Shown here piece by piece: positions 1 through 10,486 of a stretch of DNA of 32,028 nt (the stretch's first letter is position 1; each line of letters starts with the position of its first letter). Origin of the DNA: Piedraia hortae CBS 480.64 (taxonomy: Eukaryota). The notes below the pieces were generated by a model that made no database searches, was not told the origin of the DNA, and saw only the letters and a list, made by a program, of their open reading frames with translations. The stretch lies in NCBI GenBank assembly GCA_010093745.1, contig MU006048.1, positions 1 through 32,028 on the forward strand, read 5' to 3'. The position numbers were made by a program, and so were the translations under genes.

Positions 1-582
1 AGGATGCTAGTGTCTAGCGTTATTTCGATTCCTTCCAAAAGCGCTTCGTTTTGTTCATGGGCCTTCTGAGTCACCTGGAGGAATGGGGTTACTATGAGTT
101 GTCATCGCAGAACAGTTGCTTACCATCAGGAGAAAGCGAATGCCGGCCCACGGCAGACTGAGCACCTCCGGTTGAACATTCGTCGCCACATCAAATACCG
201 GCACGAAGTTCATAATTTGACCGGCGATTTTCCCCATCCTATCACGGTACGAGCCAGATCTTTTCTGATATTGTTCTTTCAAAGCCAGGAGTCTAGCCTC
301 GTCTCGCGCAGGATCATTCTTCAGAAAGAGCTGCTTGTCGATGTATACTTGATCCCTGGTAGAAAGATATTTGAGAGCATCATCCAGTAGCTTATCCTGG
401 TCCTTGAAGGAGGTTTGTGGTGTTTTTCCTAGACCTGCGGCTTGGGTAGTCGCACTGTGTGGCGACGAAGGTCGTGGCGTGGGTGAAATCGACAACTTCG
501 ATATCACCTTCTCTACCCAACCATTCGCCTTGTCTTTCCAATGCGTGACCTTGTCTTTCCAAGGCTTCGCCCTTGCGTCCAT
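1..582 (-). CDS. 5' part of a NACHT/NLR-like protein (N-terminal helical domain of fungal NACHT NTPases); exons 582-124 and 74-<1, runs off the left edge
   Basis: ATG at 582. Peptide KIAGQIMNFVPVFDVATNVQPEVLSLPWAGIRFLLM, then intron 123-75 (GTAAGC...CTCCAG, 49 nt), then VTQKAHEQNEALLEGIE. This matches the LPWAG..LL...EGLE pattern preceding fungal NACHT domains. The NACHT domain itself is outside the window. Confidence 0.7.
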
Positions 583-1043
583 GGCGGGCACAGAAAGTAG
601 TGAGAAGAAAGACTGAGGAAGACCTGCGATGGAGAAAGCTGTTGCAAAGGCTTTGCCATGCTCAAGGCTGATGCCTGATGAGGGGTAAAAGTGGCGTGCA
701 TGCAGACGGTCGACCGATGACGTGTGAAGTTACAACAGTGAGCAGATTTTGGGAAGATTGCATTACATACTGAAGTCTAATATGTGTGCTGTTCGATGCG
801 CAGCATGATGTGCACTAATGGGAAGCAGAGAGTGTGAGTGAGAGTGAGAACGGCGTGGAATCGCTGTTCAAATCTCAGTGAATTGGTTCTATGGGGACTT
901 CTAGGATGCATAAGGGAATCGGAGCTAGATCCTGCATCTCACCGGCATGATCGGCGCTGCAGTGACAGGGAGCCTACCTTGACATCCTGCAGGTCTTACC
1001 CGAACAAGCCATGGACCGCGACAATGCCTATGACATGTCCTTG

Positions 1044-1113
1044 GGAGCACATTCGCCACGATGCAAGTGTGATCGTGATCCATAGGGAAAACATCAGATG
1101 GGAGAAAATCTAG
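1044..1113 (-). repeat. Unclassified short dispersed repeat, similar to 8588-8654 (+)
   Basis: Reverse complement CTAGATTTTCTCCCATCTGATGTTTTCCCT...TGGCGAATGTGCTCC aligns by eye (about 70%) with CTAGGTTTTTCCCTAGCTGATGTTTTCCCT...TGGCGAATGCGCCCT at 8588. Confidence 0.5.
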
Positions 1114-1401
1114 GGAACTCCTGCAGTGCATGCCACGTGCTCATAGCAACGAGGCTTCATGCGAACACATACTAATCTGTAACCTCGTCAATTTATCACG
1201 GTGTCGGGGACTTTGGCACCCACACACAACCGCATTGCTGGAAACTAGAAATTGCAATAGGACCGAAGCTGCGATCCTGCACGATGACATCTTTGCGTAA
1301 CATCCACTACAACCACAGCTCGCGACTCTTCGTTTAGCATTCACAATGGGCAGGATATGTGTTGTTCTAAACGTAATCTTTCAGAGTTGAAAGGAATTTA
1401 G

Positions 1402-2103
1402 CAGTCCTCCCCACCTTTTCCCGCACGTCCCCACTGCATGCTGAGTTTTTGCCAAAATTTCGAACTTGAATGATACCCCGCACGACCATATTACATACAT
1501 ATGGACCAGCGGTTGTGTCACGACACGAGGCTAAAGACGAGGGGTCGGGGTCAAGAGATCGATGAGAGACAAGCGTGAGAGGCTTAAAGCAATGGGCTAT
1601 GGACGAGAGGACTGCGTAGACCCTATGTAGACAGAGAACAACGCATGAAGAAAAGAAGAGAAAAGTCAGTGCCGCCTGAGTACGTGCTGCAGAGTGGGGC
1701 CACTAGACTCGGGCCGTGGACGGACCGGGCCCTTCCGCATGACGTAGATTCTGAGTCTTGACAGGTTGCAAAGCTTTTGTCTAGAAGTAGGGTGTCGCCG
1801 AACATAAACGAGTCGATCAAAGGTTTGTTCGGTGTTCGGGTTTTGAATAACGAACAAGCAACGAAAAAACACTAACAGGGTTAGGATTATATAGTGGTGG
1901 CTAAATTACCTAAAAGATGTAGCGCCTTGCCAAACTCGGCCTAACTATCTACACTATCACATTACTAGGTCCTCTTTGTACCAGCTTTTCGAATTGCACA
2001 CTTGTTGCGGGCATCGACAAAAACATCTCGCGTGACAGGCACCAAACGCGGAGGCTTCTGGGCAATACTCTTCTTCCACAGCTGCATTGGGTCGCCGGAC
2101 ATT
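1402..2103 (-). mobile_element. 3' end of a hAT DNA transposon (dimerisation-domain remnant, 3' UTR, terminus), interrupted by a solo LTR
   Basis: Inverted homology to 29880-30320. Encodes MSGDPMQLWKKSIAQKPPRLVPVTRDV (hAT C-terminal dimerisation motif, frameshifted). Candidate terminus CAGTCCTCCCCACC at 1402; subterminal CCCGCACG at 1420 and 1477. Confidence 0.8.
1516..1763. mobile_element. Solo LTR family A (248 bp)
   Basis: Termini TGTCACGAC...GTCTTGACA; TSD GGTTG at 1511-1515 and 1764-1768. The paralogous hAT copy near 30212 shows the empty site with a single GGTTG. Confidence 0.93.
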
Positions 2104-2159
2104 CTATTGGCATGAAGCCTCAATGCTATGAGCATGTGAGCAGATATGGCTAGACTTCT

Positions 2160-2466
2160 TGTCGGAGGGGTTGAGCCTCCGAGGATTAGAGTGGAGTGGA
2201 TATCAATGACCAAAGCTTTCACTCAACTTTTTCTGAAAAAGGTCAAATGTAGATGTCTATCTCTATGATGTGAGGTTCGAAGCCTCCCCCACACTACCTC
2301 AGTCTAACCGCATCCGCCAGGACAACGTCAGCGAACCATGCCCTTAAGCATGAACGAGACAATGACCCGTCTCAAGGGATAACTTCCTCTATAGAGGTAA
2401 AAGCCCTAAGAAGTTTCGACTTCTATCTATGGTTCTAATCATGGTGGGTGTCACATCCTTCTGACA
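2160..2466 (+). mobile_element. LTR family B copy 1 (307 bp; strand is relative to copy 2 only)
   Basis: Termini TGTCGGAGG...CTTCTGACA; full-length inverted homolog of 2959-3265. Flanks CTTCT/AGATG do not form a TSD. Confidence 0.85.
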
Positions 2467-2676
2467 AGATGTTTCCCCTGGGACGTAATTACATCACATG
2501 ATGTGATCACGGCAAATGTGGTCCGGATCGTGCCAAAATGTGGAGCAGTTGTGGCACGCCTTCATAAATACCCAAAGACAATATGACAATACAACTCAGT
2601 GCATTAGCATAATCACAGATACTGTTCTTATTCCCATTCTCCGTGTCCATATTGCACGTGACGCTTCGCTAGATCA

Positions 2677-2750
2677 TGTTGGAGTCAAGCATCGCCGCTA
2701 GTGCGTACGCGGGATACTTGCACAGCAAGTCAGCTATAAACTACCAGATG
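2677..2750 (+). repeat. Dispersed repeat fragment, direct copy of 8503-8583; possibly a truncated LTR end
   Basis: TGTTGGAGTCAAGCATCGCCGCTAG...ACTTGCACAGCAAGTCAGC versus TGTTGGATTCAAGCATCGCCGCTAG...ACTTGCATAGCAAGTCAGC; homology starts at TGTTGGA in both copies. Confidence 0.75.
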
Positions 2751-2958
2751 CCCCGCGTCTTGCCACGTCTCGCAACCCACCTCGCGAGTCGTCACGATAT
2801 GTGGACTCTAGGGTTACACATGAATTGTCTCGTCCCAGATAATTAGATTACTTATTAACAGCCTCACAAATTACGCAATCCCTCAATAACTTAAAAATAT
2901 GGAATATAATTCGAGGAAAGATCATGAAATTCTATTTTCATTAATTATGGTTAGCTTG

Positions 2959-3265
2959 TGTCAAAAGGATGTAGCACCCACCATGATTAGAACCATAGAT
3001 AGAAGTCGAAACTTCTTAGGGCTTTTACCTCTATAGAGGAAGTTATCCCTTGAGACGGGTCATTGTCTCGTTCATGCTTAAGGGCATGGTTCGCTGACGT
3101 TGTCTTGGCAAATGCGGTTAGACTGAGGTAGTGTGGGAAAGATTTCGAACCTCACCTCAGAGAGGGAGACAATTACATTTTCACCTTTTTCAGTCAAAGT
3201 TGAGTGAAAACTTTCGTCGTTGACATCCACTCCGCTCTAGTCCTCGGAGGTTCACCCCTCCGACA
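2959..3265 (-). mobile_element. Solo LTR family B copy 2 (307 bp), inverted relative to copy 1
   Basis: Termini TGTCAAAAGG...CCTCCGACA; TSD GCTTG at 2954-2958 and 3266-3270. Confidence 0.92.
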
Positions 3266-3409
3266 GCTTGGTAAGTACTGTTGTGTGTTTTGGCAGTGCT
3301 ATCACCCGGAAATCAGATGAGTTAAGAATTGGAAAATGGCCTGAAGCAAATGCGCTCAATTTGAACGTCAAAAGAAAAGGAAGCCGTCTGATGGGATATA
3401 TGAGACCAA

Positions 3410-3760
3410 TGTAAGGGAGAGTCGGGGACGGACAGATCGGGAGATGGACGGGTCTACACGGTACGAGCTGCATCACGCAATACATAGCTACCAATATCGT
3501 GACGACTTCCAAATTGTTACGTTCAAGACAGTATAGTGGCTGTCTGAACCCCTTCTGCACCATCTGTGACAACCAATTTCGAGACCACCATTGGCGCATG
3601 CATCTCTAGGTTAGCCCTGCACCCACATGAAGCTTACGAAATGGCAAAATAAACCCGATCGCGAAGCAAATTTAGGCGTCAACTGTCAACAGGTGTACAT
3701 TCATAATCCAGCGGTCCTCTGATGCTTTGGCTGTGAGATGACGTCAAGTAAACCCTTACA
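3410..3760. mobile_element. Possible further solo LTR (right boundary ambiguous)
   Basis: TGTAAGGG at 3410 pairs either with CCCTTACA ending at 3760 (perfect 8-bp inverted repeat, no TSD) or with CTGTGACA ending at 3571 (flanked by ACCAA/ACCAA). Confidence 0.4.
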
Positions 3761-5371
3761 CTACCTCCTGTTCTCTCCGTGTGGCATTGGGGAGAAATTT
3801 TTTTTTGTATTCGTTGCTGCACATAGTGAATATAGGAATGGAGAGTGACATGAAAGACAATGTTGTTGTTGCTACCCTTTTTTCTAAGACTCTAGAGGAG
3901 ATGAGATTACTCGTCACCCTAGCCCTATCGGGACTGGCTCCCGACTAATATTAACAGCACAAGTGCCGAACATTCAGTATCTTTCACGTTAATCACGTAG
4001 GCATTGTAGTCAGTTGTCCGCTGGAACGAAGCAATGGAAAACCAAGACAGTTTCCACCGTCTGCAGCTGTTGGTTCCAGCTCGAATCTTTCAAGCAATGC
4101 TGCACATTCGCCTGCTGCTGGCTGTTGCAGAAGGAATATCACGCGAAAATTGTGTCATTGTCCTTGCACTTGACGAAAGATCCAATCCGGCACTTGACTG
4201 GCGTCTGAAATTGCATATATGCTTTGTACGAGCATGCGGACTAGTTAAGTCCAGATGTGGCGCACAGCTGGTCATGGTCGGGCAGTTGATGAGAAGGGTA
4301 TGACAATGACATGGCGTAGGGCAGCTCGGCAGACTGCACTGGAAGATCCAAGAGCTGCCGCATCCCTGGTTGGTCCAGTGCTTCAATGTATTTGTAGCCG
4401 GGCTGAGGCATGTTGAGTCCGTCGTCACACCACTAGCCACGACGGGCGAGGAAGAGATTAACTCTTATTGTGCCTTTGCTCGCCGTGTTCAGCGAGTTCA
4501 CATGACGATTTGAATGCCGAAAGTAGCCTCGCAAGTGTTGGTTCAAAGATTTCGGGATTTCGGAAGAGACGCCTTGGGGAGGACCAAATCTGCGCACCAT
4601 CTCCGTACCATGGGTCAGCATATGCAGCTTGGTCTTTTCATGATCGACTTAAGACCACAAGTTTCGGTCCCTACCCGGAGCATCTCGTGGTATCGGAGCT
4701 GGAAATTGGTCTCCCAACTCCGGATGTCGTCGATTTCCCATGCGTACAGCATCTTAGCCAAATCTGCTGCGACGCACCACAAGTGAATGAGCTTGCGCAA
4801 CGGCTCCGTCTGTCTTCTGGACCAGTAAAATGAAACATGGGTTGTCGGCCAGATCTCAATAAGTGCCCTGAAGTCACGCTCCATGAATGACTTGCTCCAT
4901 TGCAAAATTTGTTGTGCATCGAGAAAGGTTTCATGGTGTCCCAGTTTGCACCTGCCGCGCAAAGAGCGAGCTGCTCGAAGTCAGACTTGATTGTTGGATG
5001 TTGGAGGGTCTCGAGCCACAGGCTTCTTGCGAAACCGAGGGGGGCACCGTGAAGGATTTCAAAAGAAAATTCCTTGTGGGGGTCAAAACCCACCAGAGTG
5101 TAGAGGGATGACACGGGCGGCTTGATCCCGTTTTCTGTTTGCTTGAAGGCTCGGGAATACTCTTTTGACCTTGGAGCTGCAGCTGAAGCTATGTCTTGCC
5201 AGCAAGTAACCTCCGCCCTGTTGTACAAGCACGTTCAGCAACAACAATGGCTTGTGTGTTGATGCGACATAACCCCCGAAGCCGCAGAAATATCTGCCAG
5301 GCCCATGGTGGTGCCTCCGAAAACCACATGCGCTTTCTTGCGTTGCGGGTCAAAGGCTTTGATTCCGTGCT

Positions 5372-5599
5372 TGTTACGGCGAGGCTGTGTGTGCGCGGGG
5401 CGACCCGCGCCGCCTAAGCGCACGGAGAATTTGATACACCGACGCGCCCTGCTAGTTATACATAGCTACGCTCGCTACCACGCACGAATGAATGGCGCTT
5501 CTGGATTGGTTTATAGTATCCCAGCTTCCCAGTAGATAGGAGTCTGGATTGTCCTCGTTGTTGGGACTTATTGAACCTTTTCCTCTGAGCACCGTAACA
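5372..5599. mobile_element. Solo LTR family E (228 bp) inserted in the CMC transposase
   Basis: Perfect termini TGTTACGG...CCGTAACA; TSD GTGCT at 5367-5371 and 5600-5604. Removal restores in-frame PDFVKLQ-HGIKAFDPQRKK. Confidence 0.93.
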
Positions 5600-5876
5600 G
5601 TGCTGAAGCTTGACAAAATCGGGTGTCAAGCTGTCGACCATGCCGATGCCTTTCCTCCTCGATCCCACTGCCACAAAGTGAATTGCTGAGGCATGAAAAT
5701 TTTCCTTTGTGATATCAGCGCACCACTTTATAGATTCTGAAAATCTTACCTCGCGCAACTTGCCGGAAAAACTCAGTGACTATATCTCTAATGGATTCCG
5801 TTTGATGTAGTGGTTGCACTAATTCCATCGGTTCAGAAATTGATGTTAAACTGCGAAACACTCGCTCCATGCTTGG

Positions 5877-6112
5877 TTACAAAGGTGCGAGCAGGGTGAG
5901 GCGTCTTAAAAAACTCTTCGAACCGCGGTGTGTTTTGAATAGAAAGTTTGGACGACTGTGGATGGGTGAAAAGATAAATTGTAAGTCACTACAATAATTT
6001 CCGATGCTCCCAGCCTTCCGTTGAGGAGCCCAACCTCTTTCCAACCTCTTCACTAGCCTTTTCTCTAGCCACCCCAACCTCTGTAGATTATTTGTCTTAG
6101 TGCGTAGGGCAA
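5877..6112. mobile_element. 236-bp insertion with TSD but non-canonical ends inside the CMC transposase
   Basis: Flanked by CTTGG at 5872-5876 and 6113-6117; ends TTACAAAG...AGGGCAA; internal CCAACCTCT three times. Removal gives STKHGASVSQFNINF*TDG. Confidence 0.55.
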
Positions 6113-7783
6113 CTTGGTGCTGGAAGCTACCGAGGAGCAACATGACCAGCGTCGGCTTAGTCTCAACACGGTGTTAAGCGTTCCTCGTTCATGGATGCGA
6201 GAGACTCGTCATTTTCAGCAAAGGCACTGCAAATCTTGTACTCCGGCAGCCAGAGCAATGTGTCCTCTGCAATGTCGGGAAATCCGTTTCGAGTTCGGAG
6301 ATGGAGGGTTGGGCGTCGGGCATCTTGGTGGACCGACACTTGTAACTTGATCGCCCGCACTACAGGTGTGTTTCCGTGCGTTTCCCTGCCGTAAAACGAT
6401 GCGGCCTGAGCAGAGCATCCAGGTGATAGCTGTAAGATGTCGCCAATCCAGACATCAATTTCATAGCCCTGGATACGAAGGACTTCCATAGGGCGAAGTA
6501 ATCGCGGCTCCCACTTGCACTTGGTCCCGTGCCAGACTTCGCGACATTTGTTGCTCTGTAGGGGGCTGTAAGTAGCATTGTGTGGTTGCGCATCCAGCAC
6601 CTGCGGGAGTTGAGTTATTTATCTGGAAGAATTGCATGCGGCTACCATCCTCACTACATCCGCTATGCTTATCTGGTAAACTGATCTTTTCTCTAAAACC
6701 TCTCTCCTCACCACTTTGGGCTTCTGTATTTTTTGCGGAACGCTTTCAACGCTTGCAATGAAGGAATTTCAACTGTGTTTCATTCCAAGAATGTCACGAA
6801 TGAGCTGCACGACTTCTGACATAAGACTGTTACAGACAAGGTATCGCTGATTATGCTGGAAGACAAAGAGACGCAGAAGCTCTTCGGTGGGGAAAGGGAA
6901 CCAGGGGCTCTGGGGTTCGGATATCTTCACGGGCTCAGGGGCCACGAAGATCGACTGGTGCCGGCTTGATGTCTCTATGGTTTCTGCTTTACGTTCAGCG
7001 TTAGTCAATCGCATGTTTGTAAAGTACCGGCCGAATGACACACCCTCTCACTTCTTCCTCTTCGTCTGTCTCGGAGAGTGTGTCCTAGTTAATTGGGGCT
7101 GTATCGAACGGGGGTTCGCAATAATCATCAATATCATCGTCTTCATCTAAGCTTTCACTACGACCATGAACCTCTTGGTCCTCTTCATCCATTTCGCTAG
7201 CAGCATCGGTCTCCATGTGACCACCGAGATGATTACCACCCCGTTCTGTATGTGCAGCGGCAGTATCGTCAATAAGGGGATCCATTTCGTATATAACTCC
7301 AAGCTTCTCAAGATCATGAGATATCTCGTCACTTGAAATGCCCATGAGGGTCCTTGCGCAGACGCCGGAGCTGTCTGTTGTTCAATTCTTCGAGCAGCTT
7401 CCTCAGTCACCATTTTCATTATGCTCTTATACCTTCTCCTGACATCATCAACTTTGTAAATATCCGCAATCATCAAGTATTTTTGGTACAGGCCGGGATT
7501 GGTAATCTTTTATCTCTCCCATCTTCGAAATGTGACTCTCTAGATGTGCACCAAAATCTCTTTGTCTAACGGTCAATCTGAGACACCCTCTCGATGACAG
7601 AGAGGGCAGTATCTCGGCGAAAGTCTAGCTTTTTGAAATCTGGTAGCCATGGTACGAGATGTACAAAAATTGCCTTATGAAGATGACTTACAAGGAGATG
7701 CTGAAGTGTGGAGTTATCCACCGTTATGTGTCAAAACCATCTAGGCTTTAGCGGCACGAGAGTGGTCCGGACGCTGGATTCAT

Positions 7784-8153
7784 TGTTGGAAGACAGTTGT
7801 TGCGTAGCGTAATCGTTCTGAAGATTGAGTTTCAACAAAGTTGTATTTCCTGATGTTCAGCAGCGAGCTTATATACAAGTAGCTTCTTCGTTCAGACAGT
7901 CTCAAATATCGCTCCATTGCCCCACTGTCCTCTTTATTATGCTCTCTGAGCATTTTGATATGCATGGTTTTTTTTCTTGTATAGTCTTTGTTATCAGACC
8001 GAGGTATGGCACTGATACTTAGTCACGAAACCATATCGCAGCCACGTGACCCGACACCTCACCTCCAGCCCATAGCGTAGTTAGCTCTTCCGTAAGGCAC
8101 AACACAGATTAAAGGATAGAATAGTCCGCGACGTGATATACTTCTCAACAACA
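7784..8153 (+). mobile_element. Solo LTR family C copy 1, interrupted by a nested 118-bp insertion
   Basis: TGTTGGAAG...GATACTT[insertion]CTCAACAACA; direct homolog of 27119-27363. Flanks TTCAT/TTTAC match at 3 of 5 positions, a possible decayed TSD. Confidence 0.88.
8021..8138. mobile_element. Miniature solo LTR family D (118 bp) nested in LTR C
   Basis: TSD TACTT at 8016-8020 and 8139-8143; decayed termini AGTCACG...CGTGATA; absent from the paralog at about 27350. Confidence 0.85.
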
Positions 8154-8216
8154 TTTACAACCTTAACGGCGTGGCATTGTGTGCCCTGCGACACGGCGGC
8201 ATCAGCCGACCCGCAC

Positions 8217-8317
8217 TGTCAGGGTACGCGTTGGAACTATGTTGTCGCGCGAGGAGATGACTCCAGGCGCGCTACCTCTACTACAGAGAGCACGGACCCT
8301 TTCGGCATTAGCCGTGA
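8217..8317. mobile_element. Possible second miniature solo LTR (about 101 bp)
   Basis: CGCAC at 8212-8216 and 8318-8322 flank TGTCAGGG...GCCGTGA; the terminal CA is missing. Confidence 0.4.
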
Positions 8318-8502
8318 CGCACTTCCGCCCTTTGTGATGCGCGCACTCAGCAGTTAACTTCAGACACACACACATCGCTCGGATTTATCTCTCCGCATCA
8401 TTCCGTCGTTTCTCTTCCACATTCGTTTACAAACGTCCGTGCAAACCGACAGTTCATTCTTCCGCGTCGCCTCCAAACCACCTGAAATCTACACCGCCAT
8501 CC

Positions 8503-8654
8503 TGTTGGATTCAAGCATCGCCGCTAGCACGTATGCAGGGCACTTGCATAGCAAGTCAGCGATACCTCCTACACTACCAGCTGCACTCTAGGTTTTTCCC
8601 TAGCTGATGTTTTCCCTCAGGGTCATGTCATACGTGACATGGCGAATGCGCCCT
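8503..8654 (+). repeat. Dispersed repeat joining the 2677-2750 and 1044-1113 repeat units
   Basis: 8503-8583 matches 2677-2750 directly; 8588-8654 matches the reverse complement of 1044-1113. Confidence 0.6.
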
Positions 8655-8829
8655 GCTAGCGTAGGACGTGATGCCACCGGCCCACCGGTACAGAATTTCC
8701 ATTCTGACGTCCGCTCACAGATACATATAGTCGTTCACACTGTCATATCGACACTAGTGTTGTTTCCTACCCACATGCATCTTTCCTGACCCTGTCGTTG
8801 ATCTTAATCTGTCGCTACGTCCTCCTAGT

Positions 8830-10260
8830 TCGGGCTGCTGCGCACTTCCATCCACGAAAGTACTATCGCTACAGGCAGCGCGTGGATGCTGTTGCATTTA
8901 TAACAATGGCAATATCCTTGCAAACTCAAAAATGATCTGCGTCGATGTGTCGCGGTGTTTGCAATGTTGGAACCGGCATCGGCGATGAGGTGTACGGTTT
9001 GTGAGTTGTCACAGCAGCGAACGCGGCGTGTTGCCTTCGACTGGAAGGCTTCGCGGAAATTGAAAGATCTCGGCATCTAGTGCACTTTGGCACCCAGATG
9101 TTATGCTATCGACGTATATTATTCTCAAGATGCCTCAGGTTGAGACGCTTGTTTGATCACGATGGGCTCGACCTCCTCTAAGCTTGCAGTTTGAGCCGGA
9201 CATTGCCCAGACTGGTGTCAATCGCTAAGGGGTTCGTCTGGCAAAAGCTTCAGCCTGTTGAGGCCATTATGAAACTCCTTTTGCTGGTATATGTTGATAA
9301 TTTTCTCCGACGTATTTGATAACCCAAAAATGTAGGGTTGTGATAGCCTTGCGGGTTTCTTTGTAAGTTCTGTCTTGACTGTAGGTAGAGAATGACGTAG
9401 TTGCGCTCATGGCCGGCGGGTCTGCTGGCTCTCTTGGCTTGAGTAATTTTTTCGGGGTGGAGCGGAAGACCACGAAGGTTCCAAGACATGGAGTGTAGTC
9501 GTTCGACATCCAGTTGCATAGGTTCACCGCCGGGGACGACATTGTAAGCGTCTGCGCGTTGCAATTGGTGATTAGAGCAGGCTGCGTAGGTTTGTGCATA
9601 AACATTGAGGGTTGGTGGGTCCCTTGGTCGTGCTTGGGTCAAGTCGCTTTGGGGGCAACGTGCTTCACATCCACGCTAACGTACTCCTTGACCAGACGTC
9701 ATAGGAGGTAAACTGAAGCCCTCGTGCATTTTGTGCTGAGGCCGTTAAAGGATGCCGCCTTTTTAGCTTCGTCATCAAACCCGGTGTGCTGAATCCTGCC
9801 TAAACGATGCTAGGTAGTCGGAAATAACCGACCTGCTTGCCGGAATGAATCAATGAATCGATGAGCTGACTCCTCCATGGCTTTGATGGATGACTCAGGC
9901 AGTACGAGCCAATTGCGGGTTGGAATGCATCGCTGCTATGTCTCTGGCTCTCGCAGACAAAAGGCTGTTCGCACAAGCGACTTTTGCCCATTCAGTGGTG
10001 AGCACATCGGCGCTGTCCTTGATCTTTCCAAGGAGTGTTCGCTTAAATTCCTCCCATTTCTTGCGGTCGTCGTTGAACTGCTTGGAGTCCGGGATCGAAG
10101 TGACTTTGTTGAGGAAGTGCTTGTTGGGACATGAGATTGCTTCTGTCCGAACTCCCCTCTCCGCGTCGGCGGCTTTCTTCAATGAGTTCAGTTTCTCGTT
10201 GGTTTCTAGATTGTCTGCTCGCAGGTCTTGGTATTGGTGGCTGAGATTGTTGAGTCAAAC
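8830..10260 (-). pseudogene. Ty3/gypsy retrotransposon remnant: gag plus possible deleted pol (RT) fragments
   Basis: Gag motifs IPDSKQFNDDRKKWEEFKRTLLGKIKDSADVLTTEWAKVACANSLLSARA, GFDDEAKKAASFNGLS and GEPMQLD. Weaker pol hints: IIYVDSI (~9116-9105, YxDD-like) and RSFLSLQGYC (~8930, FLGLxGY-like). Confidence 0.7.
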
Positions 10261-10486
10261 AATTTTATGGACGACCCGATGGCTTAAAACCCCATCATTT
10301 CCAAGCGTGAATTTGGCAATTGATAGAAGACAAGGGGAGTTCCCTTGAAGAAAAAATTGAGTGCGCTGAGGGGAGAAGCTAGGGTATCTAGGTGAATGCT
10401 AGCGCGTAATGAAAGACCTGCCTACGCTAGTCCGCATCAGGCGGTTGCGTGGAACCATCACCCGTCGAAAAGAGGCTATCACCAAG

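Larger units (their letters stand above)
4090..7476 (-). pseudogene. Degenerate CMC (CACTA/EnSpm)-type fungal transposase, Plavaka-like, broken by stops, frameshifts and insertions
   Basis: Ordered motifs across several frames: SPWFPFPT (~6900); REVWHGTK..PM (~6530); NF*TDGISATTT (~5830, candidate first catalytic D); IHFVAVGS; HGIKAFD..GLADISAASGVMSH..CC (~5300); GFDPHKEFSFEILHGAPLG (~5080); HGTEMVRRFGPP..SSEIPKSLN..HSNRH (~4560). Confidence 0.78.

Noticed and set aside
3759..3763. CACTA as the terminus of the CMC element
   Set aside because: No matching TAGTG-ended TIR found on the other side; it overlaps a candidate LTR end.
4153..4311. 10-bp inverted repeat TGTCATTGTC...GACAATGACA as a solo LTR
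   Set aside because: No TSD for any boundary choice; an inverted repeat of this size can arise by chance.
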